Counted from the first letter of the stretch, positions 32,899 through 44,468 are shown. The stretch is 64,000 nucleotides of DNA from Sedimenticola sp. (GCA_026992075.1 JALXAM010000028.1:28289-92288), one strand, 5' to 3'. Translations and numbers: made by a program. The notes: generated by a model from the sequence alone, not told the origin.

Positions 32899-32916
32899 TC
32901 TCTGTGCCTCCGTGGT
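32899..32916 (-). repeat. Family D short repeat overlapping DUF58 start
   Basis: rc ACCACGGAGGCACAGAGA. Confidence 0.45.
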
Positions 32917-33862
32917 GATTTCCACCCTGAACCGCTTCATCCGCGTGGCCCGCCCCGACGCTGGCGGTCGCATCCGCATCCGGGGCCGTGCCATCTACAT
33001 CCTGCCCACTCGTCACGGGCTGCTCTTCGGGCTGCTGCTGGTCACCATGCTGGTGGCCTCCATCAACTACGCCAGCAATCCCGCCTTCCTGCTCACCTTT
33101 CTGCTGGGCGGGCTCTTCTTCCAGGCCATCTTCCAGACCTGGCGCAATCTGCGCGGCATCGAGGTGCGCTGGCAGGGCGCCGACCGTCTCTTTGCCGGTG
33201 ACCGCGGCCTGGTGCGACTCCGGCTGCTGGCGCCCGGCCGGCCGCGCCCGGCGATCCAGCTCGGCTTTACCGGCGAGACACCGGTGCTGGCCGATCTCCC
33301 CACCGACAGGGCGGTGACCGTGGAGTTGCCCTGGAGCAGCCGCCGCCGCGGCCTCCACCGGCCGGGCCGGCTGGTGGTGGAGAGCCGCTACCCGCTGGGG
33401 CTGCTGCGCGCCTGGAGCTACCTGGAGCCGCCGGGCCGCATCCTCGTCTGGCCGAAGCCGGCGGAGCCGCCGCTCCTCACCGGCGCGTCCTCCTGGGAAG
33501 GAAGCCTGGAGGGCGACCGGGGCGTGGGCGCCGACGATTTCCAGGGACACCGCAGCTACCATCCCGGCGACGCCCCTTCCCACATCCACTGGAAGGCCCT
33601 GGCGGCGGACAAGGGGCTGCTGGTGAAACAGTTTGGCGGCGACCGCATGGAGCAGACCTGGCTCGATTTCGATGAACTGGCGCCCCTCGAAACCGAAGCC
33701 CGGCTGTCGGCGCTGGCCGGCGCCGTGGAGGAACTATCGGCAACCGGCGTTCACTTCGGCCTGCGGCTGCCGGAGCGGGAGATTCCTCCCGCCGCCGGGC
33801 CGGCCCAGCGGGGGCGCTGCCTGGACGCCCTGGCGCTGTTTGGCAAGGAGGAAGCGCCGTGA
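32915..33862 (+). CDS. DUF58 family protein (MoxR partner)
   Basis: IYILPTRHG, YPLGLLRAW, DFQGHRSYHPGD, IHWKALA; GTG start approximate. Confidence 0.85.
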   Translation: MISTLNRFIRVARPDAGGRIRIRGRAIYILPTRHGLLFGLLLVTMLVASINYASNPAFLLTFLLGGLFFQAIFQTWRNLRGIEVRWQGADRLFAGDRGLVRLRLLAPGRPRPAIQLGFTGETPVLADLPTDRAVTVELPWSSRRRGLHRPGRLVVESRYPLGLLRAWSYLEPPGRILVWPKPAEPPLLTGASSWEGSLEGDRGVGADDFQGHRSYHPGDAPSHIHWKALAADKGLLVKQFGGDRMEQTWLDFDELAPLETEARLSALAGAVEELSATGVHFGLRLPEREIPPAAGPAQRGRCLDALALFGKEEAP

Positions 33863-35829
33863 TCGACCTGCTGGCCGGCCAGCCGATTCGCCGACGCCAG
33901 CTGCTGCTGGCCGCCGGCCTGCTGTTTCTTTCCGCGCTGCCCCACTGGTGGCACCTGCGGCCGCCGGTGATGCTGGCCTTTCTGGTGCTGCTGACCGCCA
34001 GACTGCTCTTCTGGCCGCGCCCTGCTAAGGCGCCGCCCGGGATCCTGCGCCTGCTGCTGGTGCTCCTGGCCCTGGCGCTGGTGATCCACCAGGCCGGGCT
34101 CACCGAGAGCCGTCTCTTCGGCGTCGCCCTGCTGGTGGCCATGTCGGGACTCAAGCTGCTGGAGATGAAGTCCCGCAGGGAACTCTACCTGCTCGCTTTT
34201 CTCGGTCTCTTTCTGCTCGCCACCCAGTTTCTCTTCTCCAACGCCCTGCTTCTCACCCTATGGGTGCTGTTGGTGGCCACCGGCTGGATCGCCTTCCTGG
34301 TGGAGATCAATACACCTTCCGGCGCCGGCGAGCGACCCTCTGCAGTGGCCACCGCCTCGCTATTGATGGTGGGCGGCGTGCCGGTGATGCTGCTGCTGTT
34401 CGTCCTCTTTCCCCGTCTCGACGGCCCCCTCTGGTCGCTTCAGCTCAAGGGGGCGACCGCAATCACCGGCGTCTCCGACCAGATCGCCATGGGGACCATC
34501 GCCAGCCTGGGACAGTCGGAAGCGGTGGCCTTCCGGGTGCGGTTCGACGGTGAACCGCCGCCGGAGTCCCAGCGTTACTGGCGAGGCATGGTGCTCTGGC
34601 ACACCGATGGCCGGCGCTGGTGGCGGCAGCCGGCGCCCGCGATGCAGTCGCCGCCACCACCCCACCCGGAGGGCCTCGGCTACGAGGTGACCATGGAGCC
34701 CAGTGGTCAGCCCTGGCTCTTCCCTCTGGACCGCGTGGTCTCGGCAGAGCGCCCGCTGCGGCTGGACGACGACGCCACCCTTCAGGCCACCGCGCCCATC
34801 GAGCAGCGCTTCACCTTCCGCGCCACCAGCCTGCCGCCGCCTCTGCATGAAGCCCTGGACGAGCGCGCCCGACGGCTGGGGCTGGAGCTGCCGTCCCGGG
34901 TGTCGCCCCGGGTGCGGGCGCTGGCGCAGCGGTGGCGCCGCCAGGCCGCTGATGATGCCCAGGTGGTGCAACTGGCACTGGCCCATTTCCGCCAGCAGCC
35001 GTTCGTCTATACCCTGCAGCCGCCCCTGCTGCGCGGCGATCCGGTGGACGGCTTCCTGTTCGAGACCCGCAAGGGATTCTGCGAGCACTACGCCACCAGC
35101 TTCGTGCTGCTGATGCGCCTGGCGGGCATTCCCGCCCGGGTGGTGGTGGGCTACCAGGGGGGCGAGATCAACCCGGTGGCCGGTCATCTGGTGGTGCGCC
35201 AGTCCGACGCCCACGCCTGGGCCGAGGTGTGGCTCGCCGGCCGCGGCTGGACCCGGGTGGATCCCACCGCGGCGGTGGCGCCGGAGCGCGTCGAGCGTGG
35301 CATCGAGCCCCAGCCGGCCCCAGTGGGGGCGCCGGCCCGTTTCCGCGTGGAGGTGGATGTGGGGTTGCTGCAAAGAGTGGCGCGGCGCATCGGCTGGTAC
35401 CATGACAGCCTCCAGCTCGCCTGGCATTACTGGGTGGTGGGCTACGATCGCCAGCGGCAGGCCGGCCTGCTCGACCGCATGGGCCTGTCGCGGCTGCAAG
35501 GCTACCGGCTCGCCATCGTTGCGGTGCTGGGCGCCCTGGCGGCGGGGACGCTCTTCTTCTACCTGGGCATGGTACTTGGCCGGCGGCGCCGTGACCCGCT
35601 GCCCGCCGCCTGGCGCCGTTTCCGCCGCAAACTGGCCCGTCAAGGGCTGACCCTGCCCACCACCACCGGTCCTCTCGATTCCGCCCGGGCCGCCATGCAA
35701 CGCTTCCCGGCCCGCGCCGGCGAGATCAAGCGCATCGTCGATCTCTACGTGGCGCTGCGCTATGGCGAACAGCGCCAGCCGGAAAAGCTGCGCGAGCTGC
35801 GCCGGCGCGTGGCCCGGCTCAGGCTCTGA
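33859..35829 (+). CDS. Membrane transglutaminase-like protein (TgpA type, DUF3488 + TGase)
   Basis: Multi-TM N-terminus; GFCEHYA (Cys), DAHAWAEV (His), WTRVDPT (Asp). Confidence 0.88.
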   Translation: MIDLLAGQPIRRRQLLLAAGLLFLSALPHWWHLRPPVMLAFLVLLTARLLFWPRPAKAPPGILRLLLVLLALALVIHQAGLTESRLFGVALLVAMSGLKLLEMKSRRELYLLAFLGLFLLATQFLFSNALLLTLWVLLVATGWIAFLVEINTPSGAGERPSAVATASLLMVGGVPVMLLLFVLFPRLDGPLWSLQLKGATAITGVSDQIAMGTIASLGQSEAVAFRVRFDGEPPPESQRYWRGMVLWHTDGRRWWRQPAPAMQSPPPPHPEGLGYEVTMEPSGQPWLFPLDRVVSAERPLRLDDDATLQATAPIEQRFTFRATSLPPPLHEALDERARRLGLELPSRVSPRVRALAQRWRRQAADDAQVVQLALAHFRQQPFVYTLQPPLLRGDPVDGFLFETRKGFCEHYATSFVLLMRLAGIPARVVVGYQGGEINPVAGHLVVRQSDAHAWAEVWLAGRGWTRVDPTAAVAPERVERGIEPQPAPVGAPARFRVEVDVGLLQRVARRIGWYHDSLQLAWHYWVVGYDRQRQAGLLDRMGLSRLQGYRLAIVAVLGALAAGTLFFYLGMVLGRRRRDPLPAAWRRFRRKLARQGLTLPTTTGPLDSARAAMQRFPARAGEIKRIVDLYVALRYGEQRQPEKLRELRRRVARLRL

Positions 35830-35894
35830 TCATCGGGCTATGGGAATGGACAGGAGGGCGAAATTGGCGCCACAATCCTGTTGCGGAGGGAAAA

Positions 35895-36236
35895 GTGACC
35901 AATCGAACCGACGACATGATCCTGATCGGCGGCGCCATGAAGGTGCCTCGTGAGCGCCTTGAGCGGTTGGTGCAAAAATACCATATCCGCCGCCTCTTCC
36001 TGTTCGGCTCCGCGGCGCGGGGAGAGCTGGGGCCTGGCAGTGATATCGACCTGATCGTGGAGTTCGCGCCGGGCCAGGCGCCTTCATTGTGGAAAGAAGA
36101 GGAGCTGCGACAAGATTTTTCCGCCGTGTTCCAGGGTCGCCCCGTGGACGTGACGTCGCCGGCGATTCTGCGCAACCCTTTCCGTCGCAAAACGATCGAA
36201 AAGGATCTCAAGGTGCTGTTCGATGAAGCCGCTTGA
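35895..36236 (+). CDS. Minimal nucleotidyltransferase (MntA-like antitoxin)
   Basis: LFGSAARGELGPGSDIDL (GS-X10-DXD), RPVDV. Confidence 0.85.
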   Translation: MTNRTDDMILIGGAMKVPRERLERLVQKYHIRRLFLFGSAARGELGPGSDIDLIVEFAPGQAPSLWKEEELRQDFSAVFQGRPVDVTSPAILRNPFRRKTIEKDLKVLFDEAA

Positions 36237-36579
36237 GCAGGATGCCGCCCACTTGTGGGACATGCTCGATGCCGCCCGCCAGGCAATGGCCTTTTCGGAT
36301 GAGTTGACTTTCGATCAGTTGCTGAACGATGCCCTCACCCGATATGCCATCGAAAGGACACTCGAGATCATCGGTGAAGCCGCCAGGCGGGTATCCCCGG
36401 AGACGCGGGCGACAATTGCAGACATTCCCTGGCAAGGCATCATCGGCTTTCGCAATGTGCTTGCTCACGAATACGGTGCCATCGACTACGACCGCCTCTA
36501 CACTGTACTCAAAGATGACCTGCCGGAATTGATCCACACCTTGGATCATGCACTTTCCCAAATCGGGGAGAGGTCGTGA
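36223..36579 (+). CDS. HEPN/DUF86 ribonuclease toxin (HepT-like)
   Basis: AIERTLEIIGEAA, IPWQGIIGFRNVLAHEY (RX4H plus Tyr); overlaps MNT gene. Confidence 0.88.
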   Translation: MKPLEQDAAHLWDMLDAARQAMAFSDELTFDQLLNDALTRYAIERTLEIIGEAARRVSPETRATIADIPWQGIIGFRNVLAHEYGAIDYDRLYTVLKDDLPELIHTLDHALSQIGERS

Positions 36580-36685
36580 CTTTTGCCAGTACCAGGCTGG
36601 AGTAACGCAGGATACGCCATTGCCTGGAACCATGGCACCATTTGCTATTGGAAGTGATCACGCCTTGTATTGACTGGTGCACGAC

Positions 36686-37132
36686 ATGCCCGCACGAGAG
36701 ACCATTTCCCACCAGACCCTGCGAGAACTGGCCGAGGCCGGTGCCATCCGGGAAACCCGTGTGGTGGCCGACGGCCCGGCCTGGTTGGTGGTCGTCCGTT
36801 ACGGCAACCGCGAGCGGGTGCTGGCGGCGCGAAACTCCCGCCGGGTGCGGACCTGGTCCAGCCTGAACAGCGTGACGAAATACCTCCAGGGTATCGGCAT
36901 CCGCCAGTTCACCGCCGATGCGAGGAACTTCGATCCCCAGAGACGCGGATCCTCACGGCCCAACCGCGCCAAGGCCCTCAAGCGTGCCCATGAGGCGGCC
37001 GAATACGACCGCTGGTTCCGGGAGCAGGTGCGGCAGGCGCTGGAGGATCCCCGGCCGGCCATACCACACGAAGAGGGGATGGCCCGGGTTGAGAAAGAAC
37101 TGGAGCGCCGCATCGGCCCGCGACCGAAATGA
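36686..37132 (+). CDS. Putative antitoxin: ParC-like N-domain + PaaA2-like C-domain
   Basis: C-terminal YDRWFREQVRQALEDPRPAIPHEE resembles PaaA2 antitoxins; ATGA overlap with toxin. Confidence 0.7.
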   Translation: MPARETISHQTLRELAEAGAIRETRVVADGPAWLVVVRYGNRERVLAARNSRRVRTWSSLNSVTKYLQGIGIRQFTADARNFDPQRRGSSRPNRAKALKRAHEAAEYDRWFREQVRQALEDPRPAIPHEEGMARVEKELERRIGPRPK

Positions 37133-37410
37133 GGGTCGAATGGATCCCCACCGCCACAAGCGAGCTGGTCGATCATGTCACGGACTATGCGGCGCGACAC
37201 GACCCCGTTACTCCTTACCGCGTTTTCGACGAAGTCCGGTCGCGCGCTGGGATTCTGAGTGACCAACCCCGCCTCGGCCGCCCCGCCGGCACGCGGGAGT
37301 TCGTGGTGACCGGCACGCCTTTCATCCTGGTTTACCAGGAGCGGGACGGCGGCGTGCGCATCCTTCGGGTGCTGCACGGCGCCCGGCGCTGGCCGCAACG
37401 AGAGGAGTAG
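37129..37410 (+). CDS. RelE/ParE family toxin
   Basis: MRVEW, LGRP, GTREFVV..TPFILVY, VRILRVLHGARRWP. Confidence 0.82.
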   Translation: MRVEWIPTATSELVDHVTDYAARHDPVTPYRVFDEVRSRAGILSDQPRLGRPAGTREFVVTGTPFILVYQERDGGVRILRVLHGARRWPQREE

Positions 37411-37416
37411 AACGCC

Positions 37417-39249
<1,833 letters not shown>

Positions 39250-39377
39250 AGCACATTACCGGTGGCGGAATCTCCCACCGGCCTTCCGGCTCACCTCCCG
39301 CCCTATTCCGTGATACCTGTGTTGCAAAACGGATTTTTCGTCCGCCTGTCGACCGAAGAACCGTGGCACGACATGGG

Positions 39378-39583
39378 TGTCAACTTTGTTTACGATAGTT
39401 TCCGCTCCCCGATCCGTCCCCAACGTCTTTTCTGTAAACATAAACTACTGTTTTTGAATAGATTGGCTAACGAACACCCTGTGTATTTAAAACGAGGTGG
39501 GATGAGGAGGCGTCACCATCTTTTACAATTTTTTCGACAAAACCTGTGGGACTCTTCCGGGTAGCGCTTACATCACATGTAAA
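39378..39583. promoter_or_regulatory. Candidate enhancer (PrsR-type) sites
   Basis: Recurrent TGTAAA/TTTACA-like half sites at 39378-39395, 39433-39438, 39521-39539, 39568-39583 upstream of a sigma54 promoter. Confidence 0.5.
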
Positions 39584-39621
39584 GCATTGAAATACCGTAT
39601 TATTATAATTTATCCGTCATA

Positions 39622-39637
39622 TGGCACGTAATTTGCT
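39622..39637 (+). promoter_or_regulatory. sigma54 (-24/-12) promoter
   Basis: TGGCACGTAATTTGCT, correct GG-N10-GC spacing, ~50 nt before PEP-CTERM start. Confidence 0.8.
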
Positions 39638-39687
39638 GAATACTTAGTTGAGTTTTATGAGAATGTGAAAACGTGAGGTGTACGGCC

Positions 39688-40494
39688 ATGAAAAAGTTGA
39701 GCAGTTCGGTAGGTTTCATTCTGGCCTTGGCAAGCAGCACGGCATGGAGTGCGCCTGTCACCACTTGGGAGGTGACCGTAAACACACGTTTTGACACCAC
39801 ATCGATTCTGCCCACCACCGGTATCACGGTGAACAGCGACAAGAGCCTCCGTTGGGGAACCCCCGCGGGGAACAACGGGCAAAGCGGCCTGGATATCACC
39901 GACTCCCCCTCCACTACCTACGTGGACACCAATGGAGCGCCGGTAGCCAATGTTTCCGTCACCCACCTGAACCGTCCCATTACCGGCACCAGCCTCGATT
40001 CCGTGGATATTCTCTCCACCCTGACCTTGAAGCCCTTCGCGCCTTCGGGCACTGCACTGCCGGATTACACTATCACTTTTAAAGTAGACTTCGAGGAAAC
40101 CCTCAACACTGCCAACCCTTGCGCGGACGGCGGGGCGAACGGCAGCGGCGTCAATGCCAATGGATGTGCGGACATTTTCGTCATCGACAAGAATGCGCTC
40201 AATTTTGAGTTCTTCTACGATGATCCCGACGGGGAGATGAATAACCGGCCCTACTACATCAGCTTCTTCGAGTTGACCAACGGCCTGAACCCGCTGCCCA
40301 CGGCCGCCTGCGAGGCTGCGACCGGATCTACGGATCCCTGCCTCGGCTTCGAAACGCCGGAAGAACAGGATACGACTTTCCAGTTCGCGTCGGTGATCAC
40401 CACCGAACCCGTTTCCGTCCCTGAGCCCGGCCTGCTGGCAATGATCGGGACGGCGATGGGTATGTTCGGCCTGGTCCGGCGCAGAATGTCCTGA
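39688..40494 (+). CDS. PEP-CTERM sorting domain protein (THxN type)
   Basis: Signal peptide, Thr/Ser/Asn-rich, VTHLNRPI, C-terminal VPEPG + TM + RRR. Confidence 0.92.
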   Translation: MKKLSSSVGFILALASSTAWSAPVTTWEVTVNTRFDTTSILPTTGITVNSDKSLRWGTPAGNNGQSGLDITDSPSTTYVDTNGAPVANVSVTHLNRPITGTSLDSVDILSTLTLKPFAPSGTALPDYTITFKVDFEETLNTANPCADGGANGSGVNANGCADIFVIDKNALNFEFFYDDPDGEMNNRPYYISFFELTNGLNPLPTAACEAATGSTDPCLGFETPEEQDTTFQFASVITTEPVSVPEPGLLAMIGTAMGMFGLVRRRMS

Positions 40495-40516
40495 TCTCGC
40501 CTCCAAGGCCAATGTG

Positions 40517-40547
40517 AAAAGAGCCCCGAAAAATTCGGGGCTCTTTT
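40517..40547. terminator. Bidirectional intrinsic terminator
   Basis: AAAAGAGCCCCGAA-AAA-TTCGGGGCTCTTTT perfect stem between convergent genes. Confidence 0.85.
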
Positions 40548-40570
40548 ACGTTGGAATCCTTAACGATCTT

Positions 40571-41920
40571 CTATTTTCCTATACAAAAGCTGGAAAAGAT
40601 CTCCCCCAGCAGATCATCGGCGCTGAACTCGCCGGTGATCTCGAAGAGCGCCAGTTGTGCCAGGCGCAGCTCTTCGGCCAGCAGTTCACCGGCATGGTGC
40701 GCCTCCAGCACCCGCCGCCCGCGCACCAGCGCCTCCAGGGCGCGGTCGATGGCCTCCAGGTGGCGCCGCCGGGCGAGGAACTCGCTGTTCTCCGCCCCCT
40801 GGTAGCCGATGCAGTCGAGCAGGTGGCGCCGCAACAGTTCGAGCCCCCGGCCGTGGCGGGCGGAGAGGCGCACCTCCGGCATCCCCTGGCGCTCGTCCAG
40901 GCCGGGCTCCTCGTCCACCAGGTCCACCTTGTTGCGCACCAGGGTCACCGGCACCCCCGGCGGCAGTCGGGCGGCGGCCAGACCGCGGTTTTCCGGATCG
41001 GTGGCGGCGTCGTAGACCCAGAGCACCCGGTCGGCCCGCTGCAGCTCGTCGCGGGCGCGGCGCACCCCTTCCCGTTCCACCCGGTCCGCGGTCTCCCGCA
41101 GGCCGGCGGTGTCCACCAGGTGCACCGGCACCCCTTCGAGCGAGATGCGCTCGCGCAGCAGGTCGCGGGTGGTGCCGGGAACCTCGGTGACGATGGCGCT
41201 CTCGCTGCCGGCCAAGGCATTGAGCAGGCTCGACTTGCCGGCGTTGGGCAATCCCGCGATGACCAGGTTCATGCCGTCTCTCAGCAGGCGCCCGGTGCGG
41301 GCGCTGGCACGCACCCGCTCCACCGCCCCGATCACCGCTTCCAGGCGCGCCTGCACCTGGCCGTCGGCCAGGAAGTCGATCTCCTCCTCGGGAAAGTCGA
41401 GCGCCGCCTCCACGAAGACCCGCAGCTCCACCAGCTGCTCCGTCAACTCCCGGATCCGGCGGGAGAAGGCCCCCTGGAGGGAGCGGCTGGCCAGGCGCGC
41501 GGCGGCCTCGGTCTCGGCGTCGATGAGATCGGCCACCGCCTCGGCCTGGGCCAGGTCGAGGCGGTCGTTGAGAAAGGCGCGCTCGGAGAACTCGCCGGGC
41601 CGGGCCAGGCGCGCCCCCAGCTGCAACACGCGGCGCAGCAGCAGGTCCATCACCACCGGTCCGCCATGGCCCTGGAGTTCCAGCACCTCCTCGCCGGTGA
41701 AGGAGTGGGGCGCCTGGAAATAGAGCACCAGCCCCTGGTCGATGACGCCGCCATCGACGTCGAGAAAGTTGCGGAAGCTGGCGTGGCGCGGCGGCGGCAG
41801 CCCTCCGGCCACCCCCTCCGCGATGGCCTTCACGCCGGGGCCGGAGACGCGCACGATGCCCACCCCACCGCGGCCGGGCGGGGTGGCGATGGCGGCGATG
41901 GTGTCTTTGAAGTTCACCAT
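40571..41920 (-). CDS. mnmE: tRNA modification GTPase MnmE (TrmE)
   Basis: [60 protein letters not shown]. Confidence 0.97.
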   Translation of the reverse strand: MVNFKDTIAAIATPPGRGGVGIVRVSGPGVKAIAEGVAGGLPPPRHASFRNFLDVDGGVIDQGLVLYFQAPHSFTGEEVLELQGHGGPVVMDLLLRRVLQLGARLARPGEFSERAFLNDRLDLAQAEAVADLIDAETEAAARLASRSLQGAFSRRIRELTEQLVELRVFVEAALDFPEEEIDFLADGQVQARLEAVIGAVERVRASARTGRLLRDGMNLVIAGLPNAGKSSLLNALAGSESAIVTEVPGTTRDLLRERISLEGVPVHLVDTAGLRETADRVEREGVRRARDELQRADRVLWVYDAATDPENRGLAAARLPPGVPVTLVRNKVDLVDEEPGLDERQGMPEVRLSARHGRGLELLRRHLLDCIGYQGAENSEFLARRRHLEAIDRALEALVRGRRVLEAHHAGELLAEELRLAQLALFEITGEFSADDLLGEIFSSFCIGK

Positions 41921-41933
41921 GGAGAACGAAACA

Positions 41934-42240
41934 GTGGGTCGGGCTTCAGCCCGACAGGCAGCATGGTTGAGCAAACACTTTCGCGGAGCCGGCAGGGGAA
42001 CCTTCCCGGCGGGGACGCCGTGAATACTTCCCTGTAGGCTTTGCGGCAGCTTTGTGGCTTCGCAATCCTTGCTTCGCCACAAAGGCCAGCCTCGCCATCC
42101 CTGGCGAGGCGTTCGCCGGCTGCGAAAATCCACAGGATTTTCGGTCTGGCTCACCCCTACTGCCGAAACCCCACCGGGAAGGTTCCCCCACCGGCTATTG
42201 GGCCCTATCCCACGGTTCGTCGGGCTGAAGCCCGACCCAC
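41934..42240. repeat. Nested composite repeat (REP A pair > 15-bp IR > GCCGTGAATAC module)
   Basis: REP A variants with GTGG feet at 41934-41956 and 42219-42240; perfect IR GGGGAACCTTCCCGG 41995-42009 / 42174-42188; inner module 42011-42114. Confidence 0.8.
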
Positions 42241-42252
42241 GTTCATTGGGGG

Positions 42253-43935
42253 TTACAATTTCTTGGCTTCCGCCTCGATCCGCCGTGTGATCACCCACTG
42301 CTGGGCGATGGAGAGGATGTTGTTCACCGTCCAGTAGAGCACCAGTCCCGAGGGGAAGAAGGCGAACATGACGGTGAAGACGAAGGGCAGCGCCATCAGC
42401 AACTTTTCCTGCATGGGATCGGGCGGCGCCGGGTTGAGCTTCTGCTGAACGAACATGGTGATACCCATGATCACCGGCAGCACATAATAGGGGTCCTTCA
42501 CCGACAGGTCCTTGATCCAGAGGATCCAGGGCGCCTGGCGCAGCTCCACCGACTCCATCAGCACCCAGTAGAGGGCGATGAAGAAAGGCATCTGGATCAG
42601 CATGGGCAGGCAGCCCCCCAAGGGGTTGATCTTCTCCTTCTTGTAGATCTCCATCATGGCCGCCTGCAGACGCTGCTTGTCGTCGCCGTAACGGTCCTTG
42701 AGCGCCTGAATTCGCGGCGTCAGGTTGCGCATCTTGGCCATGGAGCGGTAGCTGGTCTCGGAGAGCTTGAAGAAGACTGCCTTGATGAGGATGGTGAAGA
42801 TGATGATGGTCCAACCCCAGTTGCCCACCCATTTGTGGATCCAGGCCAGGATGTGGTAGATAGGCTTGGCCAGGATGGTGAGCCAGCCGTAGTCCACCAC
42901 CAGATCCAACCCTTCCGCGATGCTCGCCAGGGTCTCTTGATCCTTGGGGCCGAGATAGATCCCGGCATCGAAGGTATGGCTCTCGCCGGGCTCCACCCTC
43001 TGCACCCTGGAATATTCACCGATCACATAGCGACCATTGGCCAGCCCCTTGCCGTAGAAATGGCGCGGTTGCTCCTTGGGTGGGATCACTGCACCCAGGA
43101 AATAGTGCTGGATCATGGCGATCCAGCCTCCAGTCACATCCTTGTCCAGCTCGCCCGCCGCCAGATCCTCGAAATCGTACTTTTGGTACTTGTCCTCGGG
43201 GTCCCAGGCCACGCCGCCGGTATAGGTGTACATGAAGGCGTTCCCCTTCTCCCGCGGCTCGCCCCGTTGCAACTGGTGGTACTCGCGCCCTTGCCAGGGA
43301 GCCTGCGAATCGTTCTGGACGATGTGCTCCAGTTTCACCAGGTGGCTGCCCCGGGTGAAGGTATAGCGCTTTGTCACCTTCACCCCCCCAGGGCTGGTCC
43401 ACACCAGGTCCACCGTCAACGACTCGGCCCCTTCGGGCAGGCGGTAGCTCTTCTTCTCCGCCTGGAAACGCGCCTCGTGAGTGGGAGCCTCCCCGGCATC
43501 CGCTGAGAGCAGGCCGCTCTGAACGATGAAGAAGTCGGCGGGGTTCTCGCTCAACAGGTGATATTTCACCTCTGGTTGATCCACCGATACCGGATATTTC
43601 TGCAGCCACGCCTCGGTGATGGTGCCTCCCCGGGTATCCAGCATCAGGTGCAGGGTGTCGGTGATCACCTCGACCAAGGCGCGACCGGTCGCAGCAGCAG
43701 CCTGCCCGCCGTCATCATTCCCGCTGCCAGTGGAGTCGGCCTGGTCCACGGCCGCATTCACCGGCACCTCGGGCACCGACTGGTCGGCCGGCGCTTTTGC
43801 GGATCCTTGCCCGTTGCCGGCGCCGACCTGAGCCTGACTGGTGGCTACGGTTCCATAATCCTCCTGCCAGGCCTGCCACAGAAGAAACCCGGTATAGGCC
43901 AGGGCCATGATGAGCAAGAGTCTTATGTTGTCCAT
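42253..43935 (-). CDS. yidC: Membrane protein insertase YidC
   Basis: N-terminal TM, periplasmic domain, [35 protein letters not shown]. Confidence 0.96.
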   Translation of the reverse strand: MDNIRLLLIMALAYTGFLLWQAWQEDYGTVATSQAQVGAGNGQGSAKAPADQSVPEVPVNAAVDQADSTGSGNDDGGQAAAATGRALVEVITDTLHLMLDTRGGTITEAWLQKYPVSVDQPEVKYHLLSENPADFFIVQSGLLSADAGEAPTHEARFQAEKKSYRLPEGAESLTVDLVWTSPGGVKVTKRYTFTRGSHLVKLEHIVQNDSQAPWQGREYHQLQRGEPREKGNAFMYTYTGGVAWDPEDKYQKYDFEDLAAGELDKDVTGGWIAMIQHYFLGAVIPPKEQPRHFYGKGLANGRYVIGEYSRVQRVEPGESHTFDAGIYLGPKDQETLASIAEGLDLVVDYGWLTILAKPIYHILAWIHKWVGNWGWTIIIFTILIKAVFFKLSETSYRSMAKMRNLTPRIQALKDRYGDDKQRLQAAMMEIYKKEKINPLGGCLPMLIQMPFFIALYWVLMESVELRQAPWILWIKDLSVKDPYYVLPVIMGITMFVQQKLNPAPPDPMQEKLLMALPFVFTVMFAFFPSGLVLYWTVNNILSIAQQWVITRRIEAEAKKL

Positions 43936-43964
43936 GATTTCCCTGAAGTCGTGACGAGATGGAT

Positions 43965-44321
43965 TCAATCCCCGGTGGACCGTGCCGCGCGCTGCCAGTG
44001 GCGCTCCAGCGATTGCAGCAGGGTGCGGTTGTCCACCTGGTCGAGCCCCGGGCGGGCCAGCACCACCAGGTCCAGCCCCTGCAGAAGGGATTGATGCTGG
44101 CGAAAGCTCTCCCGGATCAGGCGCTTGATGCGATTGCGGCTGGTGGCCCTGCGCAGGTGCTTCTTGGCAATGGCCAATCCCAGGCGGGCCCGGGGCTGCC
44201 CCGAGGGGCGGTAGAGGACGGTGAAATAACGGTCACTGGAGCGTGCCGCCTGCTCGAAGACCCTCCTGTAATCGGCACCCGTCAGCAGGCGGGCACTGCG
44301 AGGAAAGCGCTGCGAGCCGAT
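43965..44321 (-). CDS. rnpA: Ribonuclease P protein component (start likely non-canonical ATC)
   Basis: FPRSARLL..DYRRVF, RLGLAIAKK, RNRIKRLIRESFR; no ATG/GTG/TTG between rpmH stop and conserved N-terminus. Confidence 0.88.
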   Translation of the reverse strand: MGSQRFPRSARLLTGADYRRVFEQAARSSDRYFTVLYRPSGQPRARLGLAIAKKHLRRATSRNRIKRLIRESFRQHQSLLQGLDLVVLARPGLDQVDNRTLLQSLERHWQRAARSTGD

Positions 44322-44333
44322 GGTGCCGTTTCC

Positions 44334-44468
44334 TCAGGGCGCCAGGCGAGCGCGTCCCTTGGCCCGGCGGGCATTGATCACCTTGCGGCCGCTCTTGGTG
44401 GCCATGCGTGCGCGGAAGCCGTGGGTGCGGGCGCGCTTCAGGTTGCTGGGTTGGAATGTGCGTTTCAT
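44334..44468 (-). CDS. rpmH: 50S ribosomal protein L34
   Basis: [42 protein letters not shown]. Confidence 0.98.
   Translation of the reverse strand: MKRTFQPSNLKRARTHGFRARMATKSGRKVINARRAKGRARLAP

Noticed and set aside
36633-36646. TGGCACCATTTGCT as a sigma54 promoter
   Set aside because: GG-GC spacing is 8 nt rather than the required 10
39250-39687. AT-rich region as possible oriC
   Set aside because: No TTATCCACA-type DnaA boxes seen; explained by a sigma54 promoter and enhancer
40571-42832. 753-aa ORF apparently extending MnmE
   Set aside because: The extension runs through repeats and an alternative yidC frame; the true MnmE N-terminus is at 41920
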